A DNA stretch of 63,609 nucleotides, filler included, from Octopus bimaculoides (taxonomy: Eukaryota), in NCBI RefSeq assembly GCF_001194135.2. It is 5 parts of 5 records of this genome, joined end to end, with 100 filler letters (N's around TTAATTAATTAA, not from the genome) between each part and the next. Parts side by side here need not be neighbours in the genome. Positions count along the whole stretch, not along the records: positions 27,904 to 56,603 come from NC_068990.1; 4 more parts are not named here. One strand, 5' to 3'. The position numbers were made by a program, and so were the translations under genes. Below, one piece after another: positions 40,400 to 53,925 of the stretch. The notes under the pieces are model-generated. The model was not told the origin of the DNA, made no database searches, and was given only the letters and a program-made list of their open reading frames with translations. How positions within the stretch are numbered: the stretch's first letter is position 1; every line of letters begins with the position of its first letter.

Positions 40400-40850
40400 C
40401 ACAATAACAAATAGGAAATTACACATCATCTGATTTCCCATCTTCCACACACACTAGCGTTGCACTCAGTATAGTTAGTGATCTGTCTTTTATAAGAAAG
40501 TTGTCCCCATCACCACCAACACTCATAAATACAAACTCTTTAATAAGAATAAAGATAAAATCAGCTATCGTTGCTGGAGAACAATTCAATAGAAATACTC
40601 CGATCCAACAGCCCGAAAACAATCCCAGCGACACCATATCCTCCCCCACCACTTGATGGTAAATTTTTCACATATTCCTTGTAGTCAGTCAAGCGTTTGA
40701 TGGCGTGTGTTTCAGGACCTCTGGTTCTGCTGATGGTTACTACATCTATACTTAGTGGCCTAAGATTGAAGTAAATGTTTTTGCTCCCGAGTTCTACCCA
40801 ATCTACACTTTATATGACCAAGAAGATGCAGAAATCAGGAAGTAGAAAAA
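40400..40850 (-). mobile_element. Possible L1/Tx1-type AP-endonuclease fragment
   Basis: Open minus frame NLRPLSIDVVTI...ETH...SSGGGGYGVAGIVFGLL resembles an APE N-terminus. Confidence 0.3.
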
Positions 40851-41301
40851 ACATGATTATGTATGTATTGTGGTGATGGATCTCCGTCGTTCGATGATGA
40901 CGATTCAGTTGTTCGAGCAACTAAATTACCTGCTCCTGAAGTAGCGCGTAGGTGGTTGAGCATCCAACAGACCCATGTACACTTGATTCTCTGACAGAAT
41001 CAATGTAACACAGTATAACAAGGCTGTATTTTAGGTAGTTTCCATATATACACTCACAATGTATACGTCGCCTCCAGGTTATAAAGGATGCCATTTGCCC
41101 AAGATGGGATCGAACCCTTGACTTTGTGGTTGTATGGCAAACTTTTTAAACATTCATTATCTGTTCTATACCACAAAATATACAAGTATATGAAGTTTGA
41201 AAGTGTTTCGGTACCAAAAACACTACATAAAAAAATGTTGCCCGTCAAATCACAAGGGTCCCAAAGGGTTTCATATATGGCTACATACTTGCAAATATAG
41301 A

Positions 41302-41641
41302 TTCTCAACCATATGGTCTCAGGTTCAGTTCCACTGCATGGCACCTTGGGCAAGTGTCTTCAACTGTAGCCTCTGGCCGACCAAAGCCTTGTGAATGGAT
41401 TTAGTAGATAGAAACTGAAAGAAGCCCATCGTGTATATATGTGCGTGTGCGTGTCCATCACCACTTGAGAACCAGTGTTGGTGTGTTTACGTCCCCCGTA
41501 ACTTAGCGGTTCTGCCAAAGACGCCGAAAGAATAAGTACTGGGCTTAAGAAGTAAGTCCTGGGTTCGATTTGTTCGCCTAAAGCCCTTCAAGGCGGTGCT
41601 CCAGCATGGCCGCAGTCAAATGACTGAAACCAGTAAAAGAG
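41302..41641 (+). mobile_element. SINE family A
   Basis: Aligns by eye to the 4513 copy along its length; 3' CpGs mostly retained. Confidence 0.85.
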
Positions 41642-43007
41642 TATATGTGTGCGTGTGTTTGTGAGTTTGTGTGTGCGTTTACATATATGCATACATAACA
41701 CTCAACTTTTCGTATGAATATAAGAGAAAAAGCAAAGAGAGACGAAACATCTGAGTTATATTATAATTTATTCCCGTGATGCAATAGCAATATGTTGCTG
41801 TGAAAACATTCAGGTCATTGACAGGAAGTGTGTGCGGGATTGTTGTTTTGAGGGTTGAGCGAAAAGCACACAAATAACTCTTTGTTTCTCTTTATTATCT
41901 TTCCGAATATTGGTATAGCAACTGTTTCTGTGTGGAGTAAAGAAACACAGAAAACAAAGAAAAAATATACAGGCAAATAGTAATTTGCCTTCAACAGAGA
42001 AGTAAGAACGAAGAAAAATTACTGTCAGTCACGGAAAGAAGGTTATGTTTACAAGATGCAACAACTGAAGTGTTTAAGTTGTTTAGCCAGTAAGTAGCCT
42101 GTTTGGTCTTATTTATCTCATATCTCATATCTAATCGGGTTCGTGATACCTATTATATTCCTTGTGCATTTGTACGTAAGGGTATATATGACGTTTTCGA
42201 ATTTATATATATGTTAGTGCTGTTTCTTTTTTCCATGGCCCCATGAAAGTGAAAATCACGAAGCCCCGTATAGGCGCTCGCCTCTTCGTCCAAAGGTGTG
42301 CTTACTGACTTCTTGCGCTGAAAACCTATTTTCGAAAAATATACAAAAGCGTAGCGTGTGTTTGGCGTAATTCTTGACAAAATTATATGCATTTGTCACC
42401 AAGAATCTACAACAAAATCATGGATGAGATGATGTTATCAAAAATGTTATAAGAATGTCTGCAGTTAGAAGAAAGTTATGCTCGAAATCAAATCGATCAC
42501 GACTGTATCTATCCATCTACCTATGTCATATGTATACATATTGTGTGTGTGTGTGTGTGTGTAAGGAAAAGTGACTATTGTAGTAACCATGGTTTTCTGA
42601 AGGACATTAACGACAGCTTGTGTGTGCGTACGCAAATAGCTTAATTTTTTATTTTGATATACATATATAGAAGCTTTCACGTGGTCGCTCGACCTGTTAG
42701 AAATAGCAGTCACATCTCTCAAATACTCCCTGCCGTTTTGAAAATGGAAGAGCTACTTTAGATAATTTAGTTCGTGATTTACTGTCCGAAAATAAAATGA
42801 CTAGATGGGTGCGACTGGAACACCTTAGATAATAGATATGTTATGTTCTATCATATGGTTTAGTTGAAACTAAACAGCAAGTAACACTACACACACATTT
42901 TTATATTGTCGAGTAGTACATTCCTATCTGTGGCATGTACTACTGGACAGTATAAGAGTATAACTACTCTTTGAGCGTGATTCTTTTCAGCATTATTGAC
43001 AACTGAC

Positions 43008-43047
<40 letters not shown>

Positions 43048-43923
43048 NNNNNNNNNNNNNNNNNNNNNNNNNNNNNNNNNNNNNNNNNNNNNNNNNNNNN
43101 NNNNNNNNNNNNNNNNNNNNNNNNNNNNNNNNNNNNNNNNNNNNNNNNNNNNNNNNNNNNNNNNNNNNNNNNNNNNNNNNNNNNNNNNNNNNNNNNNNNN
43201 NNNNNNNNNNNNNNNNNNNNNNNNNNNNNNNNNNNNNNNNNNNNNNNNNNNNNNNNNNNNNNNNNNNNNNNNNNNNNNNNNNNNNNNNNNNNNNNNNNNN
43301 NNNNNNNNNNNNNNNNNNNNNNNNNNNNNNNNNNNNNNNNNNNNNNNNNNNNNNNNNNNNNNNNNNNNNNNNNNNNNNNNNNNNNNNNNNNNNNNNNNNN
43401 NNNNNNNNNNNNNNNNNNNNNNNNNNNNNNNNNNNNNNNNNNNNNNNNNNNNNNNNNNNNNNNNNNNNNNNNNNNNNNNNNNNNNNNNNNNNNNNNNNNN
43501 NNNNNNNNNNNNNNNNNNNNNNNNNNNNNNNNNNNNNNNNNNNNNNNNNNNNNNNNNNNNNNNNNNNNNNNNNNNNNNNNNNNNNNNNNNNNNNNNNNNN
43601 NNNNNNNNNNNNNNNNNNNNNNNNNNNNNNNNNNNNNNNNNNNNNNNNNNNNNNNNNNNNNNNNNNNNNNNNNNNNNNNNNNNNNNNNNNNNNNNNNNNN
43701 NNNNNNNNNNNNNNNNNNNNNNNNNNNNNNNNNNNNNNNNNNNNNNNNNNNNNNNNNNNNNNNNNNNNNNNNNNNNNNNNNNNNNNNNNNNNNNNNNNNN
43801 NNNNNNNCAGGGTTTCCCGTAGATAAAGCGCTTAGCTTTATAACGACTCTTCAGACCCTAATGACCTGTTCCCTGTAACTTCTCTTCAATATATATGATT
43901 ATATATATATATATATATATATA

Positions 43924-44088
43924 CCGTATTTTAACGTGTATAAGGAACCCCCCTCTTTTTTTAAATCAAAAATTAGGTTTAAAAATTATGGGAGTTTCTT
44001 ATACATGGATATTATAATCCTTTACAAAACCTTTTTTTCCAAATTTTAAGCTCCCGAAATTAGGATGTTCCTTATACACGTAAAATAC
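43924..44088. mobile_element. Tc2/pogo-like MITE
   Basis: TIRs ccgtatttttaacgtgtataaggaac and gttccttatacacgtaaaatacgg; TA on the left flank. Confidence 0.8.
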
Positions 44089-44597
44089 GGAATAAATCTA
44101 TATAAATCTTGTGTAGAACGTTTGAAAAAACTGAGAAACCGACAAATATAATTTCTAATGAATGAATCCTATTGCAGGTGTTGAGTATATTCCCCACCTT
44201 TCTATAGTTAAACTTACGTGCACACACGTACATGTATAGGCGATCTTTCAGTATTAGTGGACGACGTCGTTCACCGTTTTTTTCAGCCCTGCCTCTTTGT
44301 GTCATAACATAAATACATATATATTTATATACATTTATATATCTGTGTTTCATTTTCCCATTGCCTCCTTGAATCTCACATCACATGCCACTGTGTAACA
44401 GATGGCATCTGAACTATTTTTCTTTACATAACTTTTGATGATACATCAGCATTGTGTATTGTAATACTTGTACTTGTTTTAAACACCTTTCTGTCTATCT
44501 TTGTTTTGGATTCAATCTTTACAAAAATTTTTCTTAACAATATACAAAGTGCTTAAAGGATACAATAACAAAGAATCACAATCCAGCGTTTTATATA

Positions 44598-44940
44598 TTA
44601 GTTACATGGCTAAAGAACACTAGGATCTTAGTTACATGACTAAAGAACACTAGGATCTTAGTTACATGGCTAAAGAACACTAGGATCTTAGTTACATGGC
44701 TAAAGAACACTAGGATCTTAGTTACATGGCTAAAGAACACTAGGATCTTAGTTACATGGCTAAAGAACACTAGGATCTTAGTTACATGGCTAAAGAACAC
44801 TAGGATCTTAGTTACATGGCTAAAGAACACTAGGATCTTAGTTACATGGCTAAAGAACACTAGGATCTTAGTTACATGGCTAAAGAACACTAGGATCTTA
44901 GTTACATGGCTAAAGAACATTAGGGTCTTAATTACATAAC
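44598..44940. repeat. 30-bp minisatellite, 11 full units plus a partial unit
   Basis: Unit TTAGTTACATGGCTAAAGAACACTAGGATC; one substitution in unit 2 and two in unit 11. Confidence 0.97.
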
Positions 44941-45399
44941 TAGTTATTTTAGTTTTCAACATGATAAAGTGTATACTATGGATGTATTGTTCAAGATGAA
45001 AATGTGTCGGAGTTCTACTATAAGTACACCATTTGACCCAAGAGAAATAACCCATGCCACCTGCAGTTTTTAGCAAAGCAATCAATATTTAATTCTCACG
45101 ATCAGCTGACCTCATTCTGCATTTCATGACTCACAGTTTTGAACTGCTAAACCTTATTATTGCACTTCCTTAATTTGAATCTTAAACCTTAAACACTTCA
45201 GTCATATATTTCTATACATACATACTTTTGAACGCCCATTACTCTGATAATTCTGCATTTTTACAGTTACTCTTTTTCCATGACAGTAGATAAATGTTTT
45301 ATTCCACAACATATTTATAGTGGCTTCATGCAGGTATAGCATGGATTAGATCCTCGATAGCCAAATTTCCCACAGAATGGAAAAAGGGTCAATTAGTTC

Positions 45400-46080
45400 A
45401 GTTTTCTCTCTACTTTCCCCAACTTTAAGAAGAATATTATCATTCTCTGAAAAGAGAAATCAAAGCTTAAGCTGAAAATCAAAGCTGAAGTGGACTACAA
45501 GAAATGTCATCATTATTTTGATTGAAAGTATTATGAATAGTCTGAGTGAATGATGAGATGACCCATTCTGAACAAATTTTTCTGTTTCCATTGCCTGTTA
45601 GTTTGTCAGTATAAGAACACATTTTCTCAGCTTTGAAGTAATATTGAAAATAAATGTCACAATGATATTCAAAACAAAATCATTTAATTGTACAGCTGAT
45701 ACAAGTGAAGGTGTAATTAAGCCAATGATTGAAAAAAACAGCATTTGTTGCTGTTATGTTTGGTGAGACTACAAACCTTCAAATGAAGTCTTAACTGTCA
45801 CATGTTTTGTGATTTGTTGATGAGATGGAAAGGCTTCAAGAAAGGTTTAGGGTATAAGTTGATGTCTGTAAAGACAGAAAAGCTGCATCACTGACAGAGG
45901 TTGTACATTGTTATACACATTCACTTAATTTGGTGCTCTCTCAATCAGCTTCAAGAGTTTGTAAATCTGGAATTTTCTTCCAAATTTTAAAAAAGATTTT
46001 GATTTTTTTCTCAAAGTCAATGGCTTGAATAGCTCCTACTGGATGAAATTGTTGGAAGGTGGTTTCCAAAGTTATATGTA
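45400..46080 (+). mobile_element. hAT (Tip100/ZMYM1-like) transposase fossil
   Basis: IQN.II...AFVAVMFGETT...LQERF...DVCKDRKAASLTEV, VHCYTHSLNLVLSQSAS and LLDEIVGRWFPK. Confidence 0.7.
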
Positions 46081-46775
46081 CATTTCTCATGTCTTACTAA
46101 CTACTTCAAAATGGCGCATTGTAGGGGGAAAACTATTTTCATTTTTGGATTCCCGATATCTCAAAGCATATATAATACTACACTTTGCATGGAAAAGAGG
46201 TGCAGATGGAACACTCAGAACCTCCTCCCTCCTCGGAGTGGGGTTGATGGACTGCATGCCCTAGTCTCCTTCACCACTGGGTTGATTATCAGTATATTTA
46301 ACTTTTAAATTATTTTGCTGATTTCACTCATTAGACTACGACCATGCTGGAGCACTGTCTTCAATGATTTAGTGAAGCCTATCAACTCCTGTATTTATTT
46401 CACTCTGGTTCTTATTTTAACAATCTCTTATGAGCAACATAAGGACATAAAGTGGTGCAACATAAACAACACCATTTCGTTTTCTAGACTGGTATAAACA
46501 CAAGGACACTGGCAGAATCAAATAACACACACACAATTAATCCAGGGGCAATTCTTTGTAAGCCAGCTCATACAATTTTAAAACTGAAAGCTATATGAAC
46601 AAAGTTGGCTACAGATAACATGTATTGGTGCCCATTTTCAGCTGTCTGTGTAAAAATGATTTATATTAAAATTTGATATGTTATTTGTATTCATTTACCT
46701 GTTTTTGGTATGAATTCATGCAGGGAATATCATGGCATCATTATTACCATTGATTTAATGACCATGTTCCTTGCT

Positions 46776-46815
<40 letters not shown>

Positions 46816-47546
46816 NNNNNNNNNNNNNNNNNNNNNNNNNNNNNNNNNNNNNNNNNNNNNNNNNNNNNNNNNNNNNNNNNNNNNNNNNNNNNNNNNNNNN
46901 NNNNNNNNNNNNNNNNNNNNNNNNNNNNNNNNNNNNNNNNNNNNNNNNNNNNNNNNNNNNNNNNNNNNNNNNNNNNNNNNNNNNNNNNNNNNNNNNNNNN
47001 NNNNNNNNNNNNNNNNNNNNNNNNNNNNNNNNNNNNNNNNNNNNNNNNNNNNNNNNNNNNNNNNNNNNNNNNNNNNNNNNNNNNNNNNNNNNNNNNNNNN
47101 NNNNNNNNNNNNNNNNNNNNNNNNNNNNNNNNNNNNNNNNNNNNNNNNNNNNNNNNNNNNNNNNNNNNNNNNNNNNNNNNNNNNNNNNNNNNNNNNNNNN
47201 NNNNNNNNNNNNNNNNNNNNNNNNNNNNNNNNNNNNNNNNNNNNNNNNNNNNNNNNNNNNNNNNNNNNNNNNNNNNNNNNNNNNNNNNNNNNNNNNNNNN
47301 NNNNNNNNNNNNNNNNNNNNNNNNNNNNNNNNNNNNNNNNNNNNNNNNNNNNNNNNNNNNNNNNNNNNNNNNNNNNNNNNNNNNNNNNNNNNNNNNNNNN
47401 NNNNNNNNNNNNNNNNNNNNNNNNNNNNNNNNNNNNNNNNNNNNNNNNNNNNNNNNNNNNNNNNNNNNNNNNNNNNNNNNNNNNNNNNNNNNNNNNNNNN
47501 NNNNNNNNNNNNNNNNNNNNNNNNNNNNNNNNNNNNNNNNNNNNNN

Positions 47547-47590
<44 letters not shown>

Positions 47591-47829
47591 AAGTGTATTC
47601 CATTAGGAACGTAGCAGAGTACAAAATAGAGCTCATTCACTCTGAGAATTACCAAATGGCCTGTAGTATTACGATATACTTCCAAGTTTAGGTTTGGACA
47701 TTCTTCATGTATGACAATAAAACTGAATTGAATAAGATAGTCAACAAGAAGGAGTATGGTTAGACAGTTGTGTTATAATCACTACACATGTTTCCATGAA
47801 AACATTCAATTATATATATATATATCAGC

Positions 47830-49050
47830 TCATTAAGAATGAAATGACTGATTTTCTTAAGCACCATGTTTGACAATTGTTAACTCAAATGTTTTATCCT
47901 GACAATTCTTTATTTTACAACACTTCTTTGTTTTACAATATCATCATTTTTCAAAATGCAATTTATGGTGTCTGATTATTTTGTGAGTATTTTCCTGTGA
48001 ATCAAATTTGGGAACCCATGGATAGATAAAAAATTTGTGTTGTTTATGAATTAAAGTTCCTTCGTAGAACCAGTGCATTCCAGACAGCTCAAAGCGTCAA
48101 TGAGGTGTTTGGGGAGGATGTGGTGAATGAGTGCACTGTATGTTGATAGCTTGAGAAGTTCTGGTCTGGTGACTTTACTCTTGAAAATCAACACCATGGT
48201 AGATCTGAGACCAAGGTAGATAACGATGAGCTGGAAACTGTAGTGGAAGCAGATACATCTCAAACTACACATGAGTTAGCAGCAAGGTTTGATGTTTCGA
48301 TTCCAACTATATTTGACCATCTGAAATAAATTGGCAAGATGAGAAAGCTGGACAAGTGGGTACCACATGAACTGAATGAGCATCAAATGACATACCATCT
48401 TGAAACTTGCTATTTTTTGCTGTCGCAGCATAAAAGTAAACCATTTTTGTATCGTATTGTTATATGTGATGAAAAATGGATTCTTTTCAAAAGTAGCAAG
48501 CACTCTGCATTGAGGTTGGATAGACACAAAGTGCCAAAACACAATCCAAAAAAGAATATTGTCCAAAAAATGCTAATGGTGTCTGTTTGGTGATGGTCCA
48601 ACGCTGGTGTCATCCACTACAACTTCATGAGATCTGGTAAGTTAATTACATGGATGTATACATCAACCAATTAGATGAAATGATAAGTAAACTTGCAATT
48701 AAACAACTGAGATTGGTCAATAGAGACAGGCCAATTCTCGTGCAAGACAATGCTCAACCACATGTTACACAAAGAGCGCTACTCAAGTTACAGGAACTGA
48801 ACTTGGAAGTACTCTGTCTTCCACCATATTTACCAGACCTTACACCACCTGACTATCATGTTTTCCAGGCATTAGACAATTTTTGCAAGGAAAAGAATTC
48901 CAATCTGAAGTAGATGCAAAAACAGCCTTTTGTGATTTCATCACCTCTTGCTCTCCAGAATTCTTTGCTGCCAAAATGGCAAAATTGTGTTGATAATTTA
49001 GGGGCATACTTTGATTAGCTGCATTGCTTTTTTGTTGAAATAAAGTAAAA
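47830..49050 (+). mobile_element. mariner DD34D transposon fossil
   Basis: WVPHEL, RIVICDEKWI, QDNAQPH and PPYLPDLTPPDY (34 residues between the second and third Asp), ending KWQNCVDNLGAYFD-stop at 49018; several stops; TIRs not resolved. Confidence 0.9.
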
Positions 49051-49059
49051 TAAACACAC

Positions 49060-49109
<50 letters not shown>

Positions 49110-49987
49110 AATCTGTGAGTGGAACAGTAAAAAGTTCCAAATGTGAATTTGTCTGTGTTAACTACATCCCAAAGATGGAGCCTTGTATCTTTGTTGGAAA
49201 CTGGCTCCCTCCTCAGTGGAAGATTTATAATAATTAAAAAATAGAAGTCATACATACATCTATACATACATACATATAATAATATAAATAATATACAGAT
49301 ATACGCATATATCTATACATATATGTACATACCTACATCTATATGTATACATACATGCATATATGGGTACAGGACATAAAAAAAACATTAAACACAATGA
49401 GAAACGAAAACAGAAAACGAACTTTTTTCGAACAACGAAAAAAACAAACAGAGAAACGAGACATGCAACATAAAGACTATATCCCTTCGTCAGTTGTCCC
49501 TGTCCATCTACTCTGCGTTTTGAAGGCATGGACAATACGCAACTTCGTTGGAACAGCCCTTCCCGCAAAGCAAATTAAATAAAATTTGGAATTTTTTGCG
49601 GTGGGTGAAGTGTTAACAACAACAAGACAGTACCTACCTATCTACCTACCTACCTGTGTGTGTGTGTGTGTGTGTGCATCAGTGTTTATAGATTATTTTA
49701 TGCAATATGTATCTCCATGAAATTGCATTCTGTATCATCGTAGCAAAGAAGGGTGAGATAATGTAGTTCTAGATATATGCGAAAAAATAAAATGATAGTC
49801 ACAGTCAATAGATATGTGATCTTAAAACTAAGGCCTAAATCTTAAAACGCTGACTACTAAGTAAACTGCTAATTAAATATCTTTATTGCTACTACTGTTA
49901 TGTCACTTTGTGGGGATGGTTTTTCAGATAATAACCCAATTTTATTTTAATACTTGGAGTGTTTTGTTGATTTATTCATTTAAATAG

Positions 49988-50094
49988 AACAGGAAAAGAT
50001 TTGACTAAGTACATGATTTTATTTGGTTTTTATTTTCTAGTCTTCTTAGGTTTAGTGAAATTTTATCCAGTATTTGGCTATTATTTACAGTTCC
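49988..50094 (+). CDS. Candidate exon encoding a transmembrane segment, protein unidentified
   Basis: atttaaatAG|...TTCC|GTGAGT; the open frame gives TGKDLTKYMILFGFYFLVFLGLVKFYPVFGYYLQF. An alternative acceptor lies at 50040. T-rich DNA is biased toward open hydrophobic frames. Confidence 0.35.
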
Positions 50095-50797
50095 GTGAGT
50101 TAATTCTTTTGTATGGTGTCTGTTTATATACAATGTTATTCACTTTGTGACGTGATCCACATCTCTCTATATGGTATTTATTGTACAATAAAATGATTTG
50201 TTGCTGTTGTTTCATCCCAAGTTAGCCCTGATCAAGCAAACATATGATCAGAGTCATTCTAGACATGACCATCCTGTCTTCCTACATACAGAGGATGCAA
50301 GACTGTATTATATAATGTCTTTCTTTTTTTAAGATAGTAAGGTATCCTTAGAGAGAGTTTTGGCTGTTATTTTTGGTAGTTAGTTACCCCATAGCTTTCT
50401 TTATTGACCAGTGAAATGGTTTGTACATCCTCGTGGTGCTTCTTTGCAAGAAGTACACAGTACAAGTGACATTCTACAAACTGTTGACCTTCTTAAACTA
50501 CAGACTAGTACAATATTGGGGTCAGGTGGATTCAGCATTGGAAATACCATTATCACCATCCTAAATATAAATGCAGTTCTCCTCACCACCCAAAACACAA
50601 GTCACATGTTGAGTAATTTGTATACTCAGTATGAAACTTCTATCCTAATTCCACCTACATCAATGTAAATTGTCTGATCACATGACTATTAGATTTCCTC
50701 TCCTATTGTCAAAATATAAAATAAAAATAAACCTAAAAATAGAGAACATTCAAACAGAGGACTGAAAAGGAAGTAAAGGGAAAATGTTATCATAAAC

Positions 50798-51182
50798 AGG
50801 TGCAGGCGTGGCTGTGTGGTAAGAAGTTTACTTCCCAACCACATGGTTTTGGGTTCGGACCCACTGTGTGACACCTTGGGCAAGTGTATTCTCCTGTAGC
50901 CCTGGGCTGACCAAAGCATTGTGAGTGTGAGTTTGATAGACTGAAACTAAAAGAAGCCCAATGTGTGTTCATGTGTGTGTGTATCTTTGTGCTTGTTCCC
51001 CCCTCTACTGCTTGACAACTAGTGCTGGTTTGTTTACTTCTCTATAGCTTAGTAGTTCAACAAAAGAGACCAGTAGAGTAAGTACCAGATTTGAAAATAA
51101 GTACTGAGGTGGATATGTTCAACTAAGTCCTTCAAAGTGGTGCCCCAACATGACCAGTGAAACAAATAGCAGATGAAAGATA
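50798..51182 (+). mobile_element. SINE family A, CpG-decayed copy
   Basis: Full-length similarity to the 4513 copy with most CpGs changed to TG/CA. Confidence 0.85.
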
Positions 51183-52099
51183 AACCTTGATCAAGGTGTT
51201 TGCATGTACTTTTTTAATTTTTTTTATTTACCAGGAAATGTTTCTGAAATACTAAAAGTGATTTTACATTAGGTTTTAACCACTTGTTGTCGGCCTTCAT
51301 TATCTTGCACACCCAGCAACAGACAAAACTATCAGTGTTTATATATTGTGATTGTTTTTGTACATGGTTTTTATGACAGTGCCCTTTCGTTCACCAACCA
51401 CTTGAATTAAATGTATTTTATCCTGACACTGGCACTAGCGATGTTGAAGCAGTACTAAAGAGTTTCTTCTCTTTACTTGGAAATAATGTTCTCCAATACT
51501 GGCTTCACAGCTCTTCAATTCAGTTCTTCCTTTTTTCACATAATTTTTATAGCCGGATGTCCTTACTATCACCAACCACTTTACAGCATGGTCTGGATGC
51601 ATTTTATTAATAGCCTGGTAATAGTCATACCATATTTAACTATATCCTTTTATATTATGAACATAGCAGGGGCTTGGCTGTAATTTGCATCCTTTCTGTG
51701 GTTAATAAAGTAATTATGAAGTATGTACTCGAACCAATTCAATCAAATTTTCTCTCTCTGCTAGTGTTAGAGATAATTATTGACTGGAAGAGTTGAAAGA
51801 CAAACTGATGGAACCTAGCCACACATATCCTATAATTTACAAAACAAGGTATGTCCATTAGTAAGCCTGACATAAGTCTACAAAAGAAAGAAGGGTGTGT
51901 GGATCTGCATATTTTTGTAGATAGGTAAACAAAATGCTTTTGTGGTGTTCAGTTAGAACTTTTTATGTCCTGAATTCATTTCCCATCAAAATCAACTTTG
52001 CTTCTCGCTTCTTCCATGGTTGATAAAATATAACAGTGACCAAGTACCAGAGTTGGTTTGGTAAATTACTGTTTGCTGAAATGTGTCGTTTTTTACTTT

Positions 52100-52410
52100 T
52101 AACTTTTATACGTTTCAGTCATTGGACAACTGCTAAAAATAAATTGACTCTGGATGGTTTGCTCAAGTAAATTGACTCTGGCACTTATATTTTTTTAAGT
52201 TTCATACATATTCTATCAGTATCTTTTGCCAAACTGCCAAGTTACAGGGACAAACACAAACACACACACCACACACACACACACTGCATCTACCCAGTTT
52301 TTCCATCTACCATATTTATTCACAAAACATTGGTTGGCTATAGTGCTGCACAATGGGACTGAACCTGAAACTGTGGTTGCAAAGTGAGCTTCTTAAGCAC
52401 ACAACCATGC
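52100..52410 (-). mobile_element. SINE family A, degraded
   Basis: Reverse-strand remnants of the head (gggactgaacc) and 3' body (ttttgccaaactgccaagttacagggac). Confidence 0.6.
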
Positions 52411-52926
52411 AACTTATCGGAAATAATAGCACTGAATTAAGTGCTTTATGGCATTTAGTTACATCCCTTAATGGTCGAAGTTCAAATCCTGCTAGTCTTG
52501 ATTTGTGCCTCCCACCTTTCTTTTTTCTCTTGGCAGGGTTGGAAAATATCGCTAATATACTTCAACTGCTGCTGTTGTTGTTGTAGTTGTTGTTCATTCA
52601 ATCTACTCTTCCCTCACAAATATGTGGCCTTCTGCTAATTATAGAAATCATTATCATCGTCATTGTTGCTTGGCAAATTGTCAGAAATCATCATTATTGC
52701 TTGGCAAGTTGTCAGAAATGTTGAATTGTCAGACAAAACACACTTTTGTATTTTGGTTACATTTTTTAACATTCTTTTGATGTTCAAATCCTACCACTGT
52801 TGATTTCGCTTTTGCATGTATGTATAGGAGTGAAGTGAATCAATTCTTGAGGGCCTGCGTAGGCACTGCTGCTTCCTTCACACCTAGAATATAGTCACTG
52901 CTTCTTTCCAGATCCAGTCACCCAGC

Positions 52927-53110
52927 CATCATCGTCATCATGAACATTTAACATCCATTTTCCATGCTGGCATGTGTTGGACAGTTTCATAGGAACTGGC
53001 AAGGCCAGGAGCTGCACCAGGCTCTATAGTCTATTTTAGCTTGGTTTCTATGGTTGGATGCCTTTCCGAATGCCAACTACTCTACAGAGTGTACTGGTTG
53101 CTTTTTATGT
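52927..53110 (-). mobile_element. SINE/LINE-tail family C
   Basis: catcatc...ttccatgctggcatg...ggatgcctttcc; the reverse counterpart lies at 56230-56380 (+). Confidence 0.6.
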
Positions 53111-53925
53111 AATACCACATCAGTGCTTTTTATGTGGGACCTTGGTTTCAGGATCTCAGTAGGGAAAAAAATGAAGGAAAAAAAAAGGCCTTTCCATACA
53201 AGCGTGTAGTCTTGTGCTTCTGTCGGGTTTATAGGGAGCTGTAATGGTGTCATGGGGGTGACATTACAGAATATTAGGTGGAGGGTAGTGAGCATCTGTA
53301 GGCTTTTTTTGTTTATATCCATTATTCTATCATAGGTGGGTGCTTTATTTGGAGAGAAAGAAGTTGATTATACAACATCAATCTTTTTTTTTATGTTGAT
53401 GGCATGCTAGTGTAATAAAATGAAAGTCTGCCCTTACTTTTGAGAAGTATTATTTTAGTATTTAATAAGGAGGGGAGATAAATTCAATAAGATCAGGAAT
53501 GAACAAGCCAAAAGCAATAGAGACACACTGTTAATTATATTTATTAGTTAGGAGAGAGGATGGATGGCACACAAGATAATCCCAGATTAAATAACTAGCA
53601 GTATTTCTATTCTTTATATTCTGAGTTTAAATCCTGCTAGGATTAACTTTGCCATTCATCCTTCTGGGGTTACTGATGCTGCTTTTATAGAAGAATATGT
53701 GCCTGTCTGTTTGTCTGTCTCTCTCTCTCAAACACACACACACACACACCTCTCTAATTCCTGTAGAAAACAGGATGAGTTTTCTGCAACTCTTTGGATT
53801 ATTTCCAATGTCTTTTAAGGAGTTTCTGGTTTTCTTCCCTATACTTCTATGACAACAGCAATGTCTCATAATAGGATTGTTTGATACTAGATACATAAAT
53901 CTATTTTACTATCTAAATATAAAAC

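Noticed and set aside
44430-44560. Possible last NUDT6 exon on the minus strand (LCILLRKIFVKIESKTKIDRKVF...)
   Set aside because: Good acceptor but no convincing similarity to NUDT6 C-termini.
44598-44940. Regular short repeats as a CRISPR array
   Set aside because: No unique spacers, no cas genes, and eukaryotic context; the same applies to the 62-bp repeat.
50500-50545. ILGSGGFSIG resembling carbamoyl-phosphate synthetase/CAD or a kinase Gly loop
   Set aside because: Flanking residues do not match (no QAGEFDYSG, no kinase subdomain II); probably coincidence.
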